DNA from: TPA_inf: Saccharomyces
Lineage: Eukaryota
Length of the DNA stretch: 64,000 bases
Direction: 5' to 3'
Assembly: GCA_000146045.2 (NCBI GenBank)
Contig: BK006948.2
Coordinates: 416,001 to 480,000, forward strand
Within the stretch, counting starts at the first letter, position 1; the number at the start of each line of letters is the position of its first letter. Shown in pieces: positions 55,621-64,000 of the stretch. Both the position numbers and the translations under genes were made by a program. The notes below the pieces were generated by a model, which was not told where the DNA came from, did no database searches, and was given only the letters and a program-made list of their open reading frames with translations.

Positions 55621-55898
55621 GTCAGGTGGTACTGTAAGTTTCGAAGACCACCTCCTCGTACGTGTATTGTAGAAGGGTCTCTAGGTTTATACCTCCAATC
55701 TGTTATAGTACATATTATAGTACACCAATGTAAATCTGGTCCGGGTTACACAACACTTTGTCCTGTACTTTGAAAACTGGAAAAACTCCGCTAGTTGAAA
55801 TTAATATCAAATGGAAAAGTCAGTATCATCATTCTTTTCTTGACAAGTCCTAAAAAGAGCGAAAACACAGGGTTGTTTGATTGTAGAAAATCACAGCG

Positions 55899-56597
55899 AT
55901 GGCAGATTATGATAGTGCGAAATATTGGTCCAAGCAGGGAGCTCGTCGTGGGTTACAGAAAACCCGTTACTACTGCCAAATATGCCAAAGGCAATGTAAA
56001 GATGCAAACGGATTTCAATCACATAACAAATCGCCATCTCATTTAAGGAAGATTAGTCAAGTGACAGCTGAGGACGCTAGGCGCTACAATATCCAGTTTG
56101 AAAAGGGATTTCTACAGTTATTGAAGCAGCGGCACGGAGAAAAATGGATTGATGCTAACAAAGTATACAACGAGTATGTTCAAGATCGCGATCATGTACA
56201 TATGAATGCCACCATGCATCGTTCTTTGACGCAGTTTGTCCGGTACCTAGGCCGCGCGGGCAAGGTAGACGTGGATATGGATATTGATGATACATCTGAG
56301 AACGTTGAAGGTCCTTTGCTTATCAGGATCCATCCCTCATCTTTATCATCACCTTCTGAAGATGGAATGCTGCGAAGTCAACAAGAGGAGCAAGAAGTCA
56401 TAGCCGCCGAGCTTTTGAAAAGACAACTCAATCGTGCTAAGCGACAAACTGAAAAGGTATATCAACCAGAGATGAAATCGGAAATTAGCGGGGATAGCAC
56501 TCTGAAACGTGTTCAAGTCACCTTCCACGGGAATGGTCGGGTAAATAAAAAGAAAAAGAAGGTTCCTCCACGGAAAGATGGTATCAAGTTCCGTTGA
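55899..56597 (+). CDS. RTS2: Rts2; basic C2H2-type zinc-finger protein (KIN17-like)
   Basis: 232 aa. The zinc finger is YYCQICQRQCKDANGFQSHNKSPSHL. Confidence 0.85.
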   Translation: MADYDSAKYWSKQGARRGLQKTRYYCQICQRQCKDANGFQSHNKSPSHLRKISQVTAEDARRYNIQFEKGFLQLLKQRHGEKWIDANKVYNEYVQDRDHVHMNATMHRSLTQFVRYLGRAGKVDVDMDIDDTSENVEGPLLIRIHPSSLSSPSEDGMLRSQQEEQEVIAAELLKRQLNRAKRQTEKVYQPEMKSEISGDSTLKRVQVTFHGNGRVNKKKKKVPPRKDGIKFR

Positions 56598-56625
56598 TTG
56601 AAAATTTTTCTTTTCAAGCGATGAG
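56598..56625. promoter_or_regulatory. RRPE-like (tTGAAAATTTTTc, 56598-56610) and exact PAC (GCGATGAG, 56618-56625) motifs about 100 bp upstream of BUD21
   Basis: These motifs appear together in the 127-bp RTS2-BUD21 spacer. PAC plus RRPE is the signature of the ribosome-biogenesis regulon, and Bud21 is an SSU-processome protein. Confidence 0.55.
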
Positions 56626-56724
56626 GTTAGCGAAGTTGTTCGAACAAGCCCAAATATGTTTAGAAGGCAGTACGAATTGATACCCTGAACTGTTACTACC
56701 CGTATACACGTATTAAGTAAGACA

Positions 56725-57369
56725 ATGAGTAATGGACACGTCAAGTTTGATGCCGATGAAAGTCAAGCCAGCGCAAGTGCTGTCACGGATAGACAAGATG
56801 ATGTGCTGGTAATATCAAAAAAGGACAAGGAAGTGCATTCAAGTAGTGATGAGGAAAGTGATGATGATGATGCTCCACAAGAAGAAGGGCTTCACTCTGG
56901 GAAAAGTGAGGTAGAATCACAGATCACTCAGAGGGAGGAGGCTATAAGGCTGGAACAATCACAATTGCGGTCCAAGAGAAGGAAGCAAAATGAATTATAC
57001 GCCAAGCAAAAGAAATCAGTGAATGAGACAGAGGTCACTGATGAAGTAATTGCGGAGCTTCCTGAGGAATTGCTAAAAAATATAGATCAGAAGGACGAAG
57101 GTAGTACGCAGTACTCATCTTCAAGACATGTAACTTTCGATAAATTGGATGAGTCAGATGAAAATGAAGAGGCATTGGCTAAAGCTATAAAAACTAAGAA
57201 AAGGAAGACATTAAAAAATTTAAGGAAAGATTCGGTGAAAAGAGGAAAATTTAGAGTTCAATTGTTATCCACCACACAAGATTCTAAAACATTACCACCA
57301 AAGAAAGAATCATCCATCATACGTTCAAAAGACCGTTGGCTAAATAGAAAGGCTTTGAATAAAGGGTAA
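56725..57369 (+). CDS. BUD21: Bud21; U3 snoRNP / SSU-processome component
   Basis: 214 aa, highly charged (MSNGHVKFDADESQASASAVTDRQDD...); matches YOR078W. Confidence 0.85.
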   Translation: MSNGHVKFDADESQASASAVTDRQDDVLVISKKDKEVHSSSDEESDDDDAPQEEGLHSGKSEVESQITQREEAIRLEQSQLRSKRRKQNELYAKQKKSVNETEVTDEVIAELPEELLKNIDQKDEGSTQYSSSRHVTFDKLDESDENEEALAKAIKTKKRKTLKNLRKDSVKRGKFRVQLLSTTQDSKTLPPKKESSIIRSKDRWLNRKALNKG

Positions 57370-57474
57370 TATATAGCATACAACATAATAAAATAATAGT
57401 ACAATCACAAAATTAATCATAATGTTCATTTATCTATAATCAAACAATGAGAATATATACTGAAGTTTGGTAGG

Positions 57475-58416
57475 TTATTCTTCAGAGATGCAGTACGATA
57501 TCACCAACGGTATGCAGACACCTATCAAAACATAAACGGATTCATCATGAGGTAAAACGACTTCCTGTTCAACGCTGAGATCGTGATCATGAGAATCTCC
57601 ACCAACAAATGCTGTGAAAGACGCATATAGTAAACTGCCACCACTCATAAGCAGAAGATTTCCACTTATCCAATCCATCGTTGGCGAATGACTCAGATTC
57701 AAAAGGGATAACACTATGTATCCGATCGGAGTCGATGACGCAAACAAGAAAACGTTACAGATCACCTCCCATTTCATTAAGTTTTGTCTCGATACCATCA
57801 AACTAGTGAGGGAAAGAACGGCAGGAATTTTATGAATAACTATAGCAATTAACACCACTATGAGCAGTGAATCATTGTTCGTTGTCGTACCTAATGCAAT
57901 TCCATCAGATAGTCCATGAATGAATAAGGCAAAGACAACATTGTTTTGTATTAAGTTCATCCATATTTGTCTTGGATGGTTTATTATATCTTTCCAGCTT
58001 TGAAATTTGACAGCATCATGCGTATAGACCGTTTGCTTTCTAGAAACCCATAGTGTAACCAACCTATCAAGAACATAAACACCTAGAAACCCAATTAATA
58101 AATTCACACCAACGTTTCCATCATGTTCGACACACGCTTTGATACCTTCCGGTATTACCAACATAAATGATGTACCTAACAACATTCCTATACCGAATTG
58201 TGATAGAACGGCAATCTTCACACGGTAACTACTAACATCGTCATTGATCGTTTGAGTATCTGCGTTCGTAGTAAAATCAGAAATTGAGTCAGCACCTTCT
58301 TGGTTTGTGACAATGGAACTTTTTTGTTTATCAATATAATACAATGGGATAAGCCCTATGAGGAAGGTAGCAATCAAAAGAAAACTTGCTAGCAGTATTA
58401 CACCCAAAAACTTCAT
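57475..58416 (-). CDS. ATX2: Atx2; Golgi ZIP-family metal (Mn) transporter
   Basis: 313 aa from the internal Met ([18 protein letters not shown]...), multi-TM. The His-rich motif [10 protein letters not shown] is typical of ZIP transporters. Confidence 0.8.
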
Positions 58417-58593
58417 TATTATCGGTCTTGGTAACACTAGCTTTAAACCGCGCTTATTTGAGAAGTTTTTATGCAGCTAAACTGTTTCTCGTCATTTTTT
58501 TATAGTTATTTCTCGAAAAATATTATAAATAGACATGCAAAATGATTAGCCATGTCGTATAAATTTATTACCAAGAACAAAAAATACACCCCG

Positions 58594-60792
58594 ATGTCTT
58601 CCCCAGGGAATTCAGGCGTGGCTATAGATTCTACCGTTCTGAAAGCAATTGAATTAGGAACGAGGCTTTTTAAATCTGGAGAATATTTGCAAGCGAAAAG
58701 GATATTCACAAATGCTTTGAGAGTATGTGATTCTTATTCTCAGGAGCAGATTATGCGCATTAGGAACGCGTATCAATTAGATACTGCGAGACCGGATAAC
58801 AAACGATTATATCATCCTAGATACATAAAGATATTGGATAACATCTGTGCGTGCTACGAAAAATTGAATGATTTGAAATCTTGTTTGGACGTATCACAAA
58901 GGTTACTTAAGTTAGAACCAGGTAATATCAAATGCTATATACGATGTACAAGGACGTTGATAAAATTAAAAGACTGGAAAAGGGCATATAAAACATGTTC
59001 TCGTGGACTGCAATTATGCAATAACGATAGCAATCATCTAAGACAACAAAAACAATTCATTAAAAATAACATGGTTCAAAAACAGGACGGCAAGAGAAGT
59101 TATATAGATCCATTAGAGGAGACCAAAATAGCAAAAAAAAAAAAGAATAATAATGTTCTAGAATCGTTACCAAAGAAGAAGATTAAAGGTAGTACCAAGA
59201 AAACTGATTTAGTTGGCAATTTGCCGATAGAAATACTACCTATCATATTCCAAAGGTTTACCACTAAGGAGCTTGTTACGTTGTCGCTAGTTTGTAACAA
59301 ATGGAGGGACAAAATTTTGTATCATTTAGACTGCTTCCAAGAATTCAACTTGGCACCAATAAATTTTAAAAATTTTGTAAAGTTTATGGATTTTTTACAA
59401 CAGAATTTCACCAGGACGTATAGAAAATATATTCTTTCACAAGTAAAAGTCAGTTCTAGAATCACTTCGGAAGAGTTACGAATAACTCAATTATTATTCA
59501 GTAAAATGCCGAAATGTATAAACATCGAACGGCTTATACTGTCAATGCCAACACTAACTACAACACAAATCTTTAAGTTAATGGTTAGAGGAGGCACAGA
59601 TTTTTTTACAAGGCTGCTGGAATTATCTCTCATGATAACTTATAGGCCTGATAAACAACATGAATTGGAGATACTGCAGACTTGTCCTCTGTTGAAAAAA
59701 ATAGAATTAATTTTTGTCAATTCACTGGTACCAATTTTCGACGGAAATAATAGCGTTGGGAGGGATGGAAGTTTCAATGTGATGGCCCGTCATACTAATA
59801 TGCAGATATCCACTGCGGATAATGATGAACAGGGAATAGTAGAAGAAAAGGTGATTTATAGTGAGCTAGAGAAGATAACATTGATATGTGATAAGAAGAA
59901 AATTAAGAATTTTCCACTTTGTCGTGCTCTATTAAGAGGCCAGTTTCCTCTATTGCAGAAACTGACGATAACTGGTGTAACATTTCCTATGAATAATCAA
60001 GACATAATGAATTTTCAATGGCTATTGAACTTCCCAGACCTAAAAGAACTATGGATAGAAGATAACGACAACTGTGAACTCAGTAAGTTTTTGCAATTGT
60101 TAAAATTTTCGAATGTCTGGAAAAACTTGGAAAAGTTAACCTTTAGAGAGAACAAGCTATATCCAATTGTTAATTTGGATGAAGATCAGCCTGTTACGAA
60201 TGACGACGAGGTGCCATCCATGCTATTTTACAAGGAAAATCTCCAAAACCTGGAAAAGTTGGATCTAATGGGGACATCGATAAGTGGTTCTGCGTTGACT
60301 AGATTATGCGAGCAGGAATACTTGGATGGTCGGAAATTAAGAAGTTTAAACATTGGGAATTGCCCCAACATCCAGTTCCCAAATAATCACGCTCATACAG
60401 CAAGGATGATACTGGATGTGAATGCAGTTTTGAAGAGACTCTCCAAGTTGGAAGAAATAAATTTATCGCATCTCAGCTCCTTGAATGATAGTACGATGAA
60501 GTCATTCATTATTAATGTACCATTTTTGGAAAATTTAAAGAGGCTTGACATTTCGCACAATTTTGAAATTACAGGAATATCAATATATGAATTTCTAAAA
60601 AAATTTCAGATGGATCATGACAACGAAGCGGGAGGTCAACCACTGGCATATTTAAATATTGACGGATGTTCCCAAGTGTCTCATATCACAGTTAATATGA
60701 TCCGAGCGCAGAACTTAGTTACTCAAGTGGATTGTGTTTATGAAAGAGATGTATGGAGAAAATTTGGAATTAATTCATATTCATACTCATAG
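58594..60792 (+). CDS. DIA2: Dia2; F-box/LRR substrate adaptor of SCF, with an N-terminal TPR
   Basis: 732 aa from MSSPGNSGVAIDSTVLKAIELG.... The F-box is LPIEILPIIFQRFTTKELVTLSLVCNKWRDKI, and the C-terminal half contains leucine-rich repeats. Confidence 0.88.
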   Translation: MSSPGNSGVAIDSTVLKAIELGTRLFKSGEYLQAKRIFTNALRVCDSYSQEQIMRIRNAYQLDTARPDNKRLYHPRYIKILDNICACYEKLNDLKSCLDVSQRLLKLEPGNIKCYIRCTRTLIKLKDWKRAYKTCSRGLQLCNNDSNHLRQQKQFIKNNMVQKQDGKRSYIDPLEETKIAKKKKNNNVLESLPKKKIKGSTKKTDLVGNLPIEILPIIFQRFTTKELVTLSLVCNKWRDKILYHLDCFQEFNLAPINFKNFVKFMDFLQQNFTRTYRKYILSQVKVSSRITSEELRITQLLFSKMPKCINIERLILSMPTLTTTQIFKLMVRGGTDFFTRLLELSLMITYRPDKQHELEILQTCPLLKKIELIFVNSLVPIFDGNNSVGRDGSFNVMARHTNMQISTADNDEQGIVEEKVIYSELEKITLICDKKKIKNFPLCRALLRGQFPLLQKLTITGVTFPMNNQDIMNFQWLLNFPDLKELWIEDNDNCELSKFLQLLKFSNVWKNLEKLTFRENKLYPIVNLDEDQPVTNDDEVPSMLFYKENLQNLEKLDLMGTSISGSALTRLCEQEYLDGRKLRSLNIGNCPNIQFPNNHAHTARMILDVNAVLKRLSKLEEINLSHLSSLNDSTMKSFIINVPFLENLKRLDISHNFEITGISIYEFLKKFQMDHDNEAGGQPLAYLNIDGCSQVSHITVNMIRAQNLVTQVDCVYERDVWRKFGINSYSYS

Positions 60793-60938
60793 ATTAATAA
60801 ATCACTGATGATAATGCAGTATCCTTCGGAAAATTCTTAGAATATTTAATATAACAAAATGGCATGTACCTTTTGGAGTTGATGGAGGTGAGAATATAGA
60901 AAGCTTTTTATATAAAAATGTACTTATTGTCTTTCATT

Positions 60939-63188
60939 TCAATTTTGAAAAATGTCTGAATTGTTCATGAAATTGTCGTTTGTGGCAGCCGACATAGCGT
61001 CCATGGGGAACCTGCTTGGATTGAATAAAGTGTTATCAAATGAACCGTTTTCAATAGCCGGTATGGGAAAATCTTCTGAGTTTGTTTGAACATCATAAGA
61101 GGAAATTGTTCCAGATTTTTTTCTATTTTTCCTCATCTCTGCCGACATATTTTGATTATAATAAGAAGATCTTTTTTTGAATTGAGGTCGTGATGGAACC
61201 TTCAATGGTGATTTCTTTAGCCGTAAACTAGATGCACCGATGGCAAACGATAAAGAATTTGCCTTCTGCCTTGTACCCTGCTGCGTGAATGAAGATTTTG
61301 AACGTTGTGGAGATGTAGAAGGCGATGGAGAAGGCGATAACATATCCATTTTCCTCTTGTTGAAGGTAGAAGATGGAGAAGGCAATGGCTGAAGAGGAAA
61401 TCTTCCCGGTGCCGCTGTTTTGTTGGGAGACTTGATAATTGATAGTGAATTGGAGGAGGATTCTTCCAAGTCAACTCCCGGCAAGTCAGCATCCATTATG
61501 GAAAGAGATTTGATTTGCTCACTGAATCGAGGTTGGTAGAATTGTAAAGGGTTTTTTATTGACGAAGAGATTATTATTTTCTCCTTTAGGAATGTGATGG
61601 CCTTATCCAAGGCGAATTCTTGGCCACAGTTATTTTGAATCATGGAAATTTTCGGCCAAGTAGCTCTTGCACCTAAAGTAGTTTGGTGCAATAGGAAAAG
61701 TTGAGATGGGTTCTTCAATACTTCGTGGAATTGACCAACCATTGATAGATCGGGTAAAATTGTGACATTGCCAGAGTATTGTTGTAAAAAAAGGTGTTTC
61801 AATTTGGTCATCAAATAGGGATGGAACTCAAGCTCCTTTAGGATGTCTAAAAAATGAATAGTTTCGTCGGAAAAAAATTTGAAGATCTTTGTTACTTGGT
61901 TTCTGAAACGGGCGGTAATTTCCTTTTCAATTTCACCCCCAACGCAAGTGTTTGAAAACTTTAACAGGGGAAAGACATGTATATTTACCTGGCAGGCGAT
62001 AATGTGGTCGACATTGAACATTTCAGAAAGACGAGAAATGGGCATGTCATTATCTACAGATCCGTCCATGAATTTCATGTTTGATAAATGTAAATTTGTT
62101 GCCCCCCACTCTTTAATCTTTCCAGTGTGAGGATCTTTCTCGAATAGCGGCGTGGAGGGGAAAACTCCAGGTAGAGAACAAGATGCGCATACGGCAGACC
62201 AGATGAGAACGTTTGGAGCGGTTAAATTGTTTAGTAGTTTCGGCTGTTCGTATATGGAAGCAGGCGAGACTGTGATATTCAGGATTTTTCCAGTCTTGTT
62301 GTAGGCTTCCCTAAAGGTCAAGTTTCCTAAAAACGAAAGCATTGTGTTAATCAAAGGTTGATTATTGAACCAGGTACCGTTTTGGCAGAACCTCGATATC
62401 TTGATTAGTAAGTTTTCGTTGGGAGATTTGGAATTGTCGTCATTGAAGATGTTAAACTCCATATTAAGTACATTGGTCAACAAGGAGGGAATTTCCTGGG
62501 TCGTGTGGACGCAAAATATGCTGGCAACAATGGCGCCAGCACTGCTACCGCTGATCACCTTAGGCATCAGGTCCGATTCAAAAAGGGCGGCAAGAACACC
62601 AATGTGGAAAAGGCCGAAAGTGCTCCCACCGCTAAGCACGAGAGCCGTGCGCCCTATGTTTCTTCTCGTCTGTTGCAAAATACCGAGGAGATAGTGATCG
62701 TTCATATTTGACTGATGGATCAGCGCGGTGAGCACTGCTTGAGACTCTTCTAGGTAGTCATGTATAATTTGTTTTGTGCCGGTATGCGAGTGCCTGTAAA
62801 GATTAACGTTATTCATGTTGCCAAGATTACGGACCCACTTAGTTCTAATCAGATAAAGCAGGCGGTGGTAGTCGTGAGTGGTTCTCAAATGGCGCATACG
62901 GATGGTCAAGTCTTGCAGCAGCTTATAGTTATACAACGAGGACTCGTCGATTGTTTTCCATTCGGAAAGTCCCGTTAAGTCGTCTAATCGCGACGCTATG
63001 TCATTCCATTGATCGTAGGAGATGGCGTGTTTTTTCTGGGAAGACAAATCGGATATGAGCAGCTGTTTACGGGAGAGAGTCTTGTGGTATAACCATTTGA
63101 AGAGCGATGATGAGTCTGTGGCAGGAGTGTTGGAAAGTTCGTAGTATTTGGATAAAAGAAATTCTGTTACTGGCAAGGTATTAGACAT
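60939..63188 (-). CDS. TGL5: Tgl5; patatin-domain triacylglycerol lipase of lipid droplets
   Basis: 749 aa. The patatin motifs are GGSTFG (oxyanion hole) and GSSAGA (GXSXG). Confidence 0.9.
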   Translation of the reverse strand: MSNTLPVTEFLLSKYYELSNTPATDSSSLFKWLYHKTLSRKQLLISDLSSQKKHAISYDQWNDIASRLDDLTGLSEWKTIDESSLYNYKLLQDLTIRMRHLRTTHDYHRLLYLIRTKWVRNLGNMNNVNLYRHSHTGTKQIIHDYLEESQAVLTALIHQSNMNDHYLLGILQQTRRNIGRTALVLSGGSTFGLFHIGVLAALFESDLMPKVISGSSAGAIVASIFCVHTTQEIPSLLTNVLNMEFNIFNDDNSKSPNENLLIKISRFCQNGTWFNNQPLINTMLSFLGNLTFREAYNKTGKILNITVSPASIYEQPKLLNNLTAPNVLIWSAVCASCSLPGVFPSTPLFEKDPHTGKIKEWGATNLHLSNMKFMDGSVDNDMPISRLSEMFNVDHIIACQVNIHVFPLLKFSNTCVGGEIEKEITARFRNQVTKIFKFFSDETIHFLDILKELEFHPYLMTKLKHLFLQQYSGNVTILPDLSMVGQFHEVLKNPSQLFLLHQTTLGARATWPKISMIQNNCGQEFALDKAITFLKEKIIISSSIKNPLQFYQPRFSEQIKSLSIMDADLPGVDLEESSSNSLSIIKSPNKTAAPGRFPLQPLPSPSSTFNKRKMDMLSPSPSPSTSPQRSKSSFTQQGTRQKANSLSFAIGASSLRLKKSPLKVPSRPQFKKRSSYYNQNMSAEMRKNRKKSGTISSYDVQTNSEDFPIPAIENGSFDNTLFNPSRFPMDAMSAATNDNFMNNSDIFQN

Positions 63189-63404
63189 AGCAACGAAACA
63201 GAACCGTCTTCCTTGTGCTGTTTATGATGTCTTTTGTCTCCTATTGTTTTCGAATTTTATTTTTTTTTTTTTTTATTTTTTTATTTTTTTTTGTTTTATA
63301 TAATTCCTCGCGCTGCCTTAATGATAATTCTTGATTTACTAATTGTTTCATGACTTCTGGTGCTAAAGGGAAGGGGGAAAAGGGAAGCGAAAACTTCAAG
63401 AGCA

Positions 63405-63460
63405 GAACGAAAAAAATAAAAAAAACAAAACAAAACAAAACAAAACAAAGGCAAAACAAG
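63405..63460. repeat. (CAAAA)n pentanucleotide microsatellite plus adjacent T-rich tracts in the divergent TGL5-WHI5 promoter
   Basis: aaaaacaaaacaaaacaaaacaaaacaaaggcaaaacaaggcaaag. T-rich runs lie at 63255-63295. Confidence 0.85.
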
Positions 63461-63532
63461 GCAAAGAACCTGATGGAAGAAAGCACAACCAGATATTAAT
63501 AGCAACGAAAAATAGTAGAGACATTGAAGAAT

Positions 63533-64000
63533 ATGAGTTTGAGAACGCCGAAGAGAAGCAGGACTAGCGATGAACAAGAACAAGAACAAGAACAAGAGCA
63601 GGTACAGAACCCAGATACACATGTAAACAACGAGCATCAGCAGCGACCTGGGCCAACCACTCTATTGAGCACGCCAGTACGTCTCAAAAATGGCTTTGGA
63701 ACACCATCGCCGCCGTCACCACCAGGCATAACGAAAAGCATCACTAAATCGAGAAGAAGGCCGTCGACAACGAGTCTTCAGGGTATATTCATGTCGCCCG
63801 TCAATAAGCGTCGTGTCGGCATAACCGCACATGGACGTGTATATGACCATAACGACGACGGACACGAAAGTGAGAGTGAGGACGACGAAAATGAAGAAGA
63901 AAATGAAAATCAAAAGAAGTACGACGGACACGTTAGTATGCCTTTGTTGCCACCGACAACGCCCAAGTCAAGACGGTCGGAGGTGTTTCTGTCGCCGTCG
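63533..64000 (+). CDS. WHI5: Whi5, N-terminal 156 codons (the gene continues beyond the window); G1 transcriptional repressor of SBF
   Basis: MSLRTPKRSRTSDEQEQEQEQEQVQNPDTHVNNEHQQRPGPTTLLSTPVRLKNGFGTPSPPSPPGITKSITKSRRRPSTTSLQGIFMSPVNKRRVG... is open through the window edge. It is missing from the ORF track only because it has no stop codon inside the window. Confidence 0.85.
   Translation, partial: MSLRTPKRSRTSDEQEQEQEQEQVQNPDTHVNNEHQQRPGPTTLLSTPVRLKNGFGTPSPPSPPGITKSITKSRRRPSTTSLQGIFMSPVNKRRVGITAHGRVYDHNDDGHESESEDDENEEENENQKKYDGHVSMPLLPPTTPKSRRSEVFLSPS

Overview
This window is a Saccharomyces cerevisiae nuclear chromosome segment, not a prokaryotic locus. By protein identity and gene order it is chromosome XV right arm, YOR047C (STD1) through the 5' part of YOR083W (WHI5). 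It carries about 33 verified protein-coding genes without nuclear mRNA introns, read on both strands with short intergenic promoters. There are two intron-containing tRNA genes: tRNA-Lys(UUU) at 22643-22738 and tRNA-Pro(UGG) at 48450-48551. A diverged solo Ty1-type delta LTR lies about 560 bp upstream of the tRNA-Pro gene. Gene products are ordinary housekeeping functions: the Rat1 5'-3' exonuclease, ribosome-biogenesis factors Nob1 and Bud21, RPL3, CK2 alpha', cytochrome c1, thymidylate synthase, shugoshin, Ski7, Whi5 and others. Recognisable promoter logic is present: MCB boxes upstream of CDC21, PAC and RRPE motifs upstream of ribosome-biogenesis genes, an Abf1 site plus T-tract upstream of RPL3, and CCAAT/CACGTG upstream of CYT1. 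I see no CRISPR array, operon, defence island or other evidence of a novel multi-gene system. The one region worth a second look is a roughly 1.5 kb GC-rich, ORF-poor island between NRT1 and tRNA-Pro (about 45540-46990; a 200-nt sample is about 55% GC against a genome average near 38%). It contains short tandem CTGACGCC repeats, a CRE-like palindrome, and a 75-codon stop-free minus-strand frame whose codon usage is not yeast-like. This may be a gene relic, an unannotated structured RNA or foreign DNA, and needs a database search to resolve. Gene names come from recall of the yeast proteome and from matching ORF lengths. Coordinates are from the supplied ORF track, with start codons adjusted where the track ORF begins at an upstream in-frame ATG.
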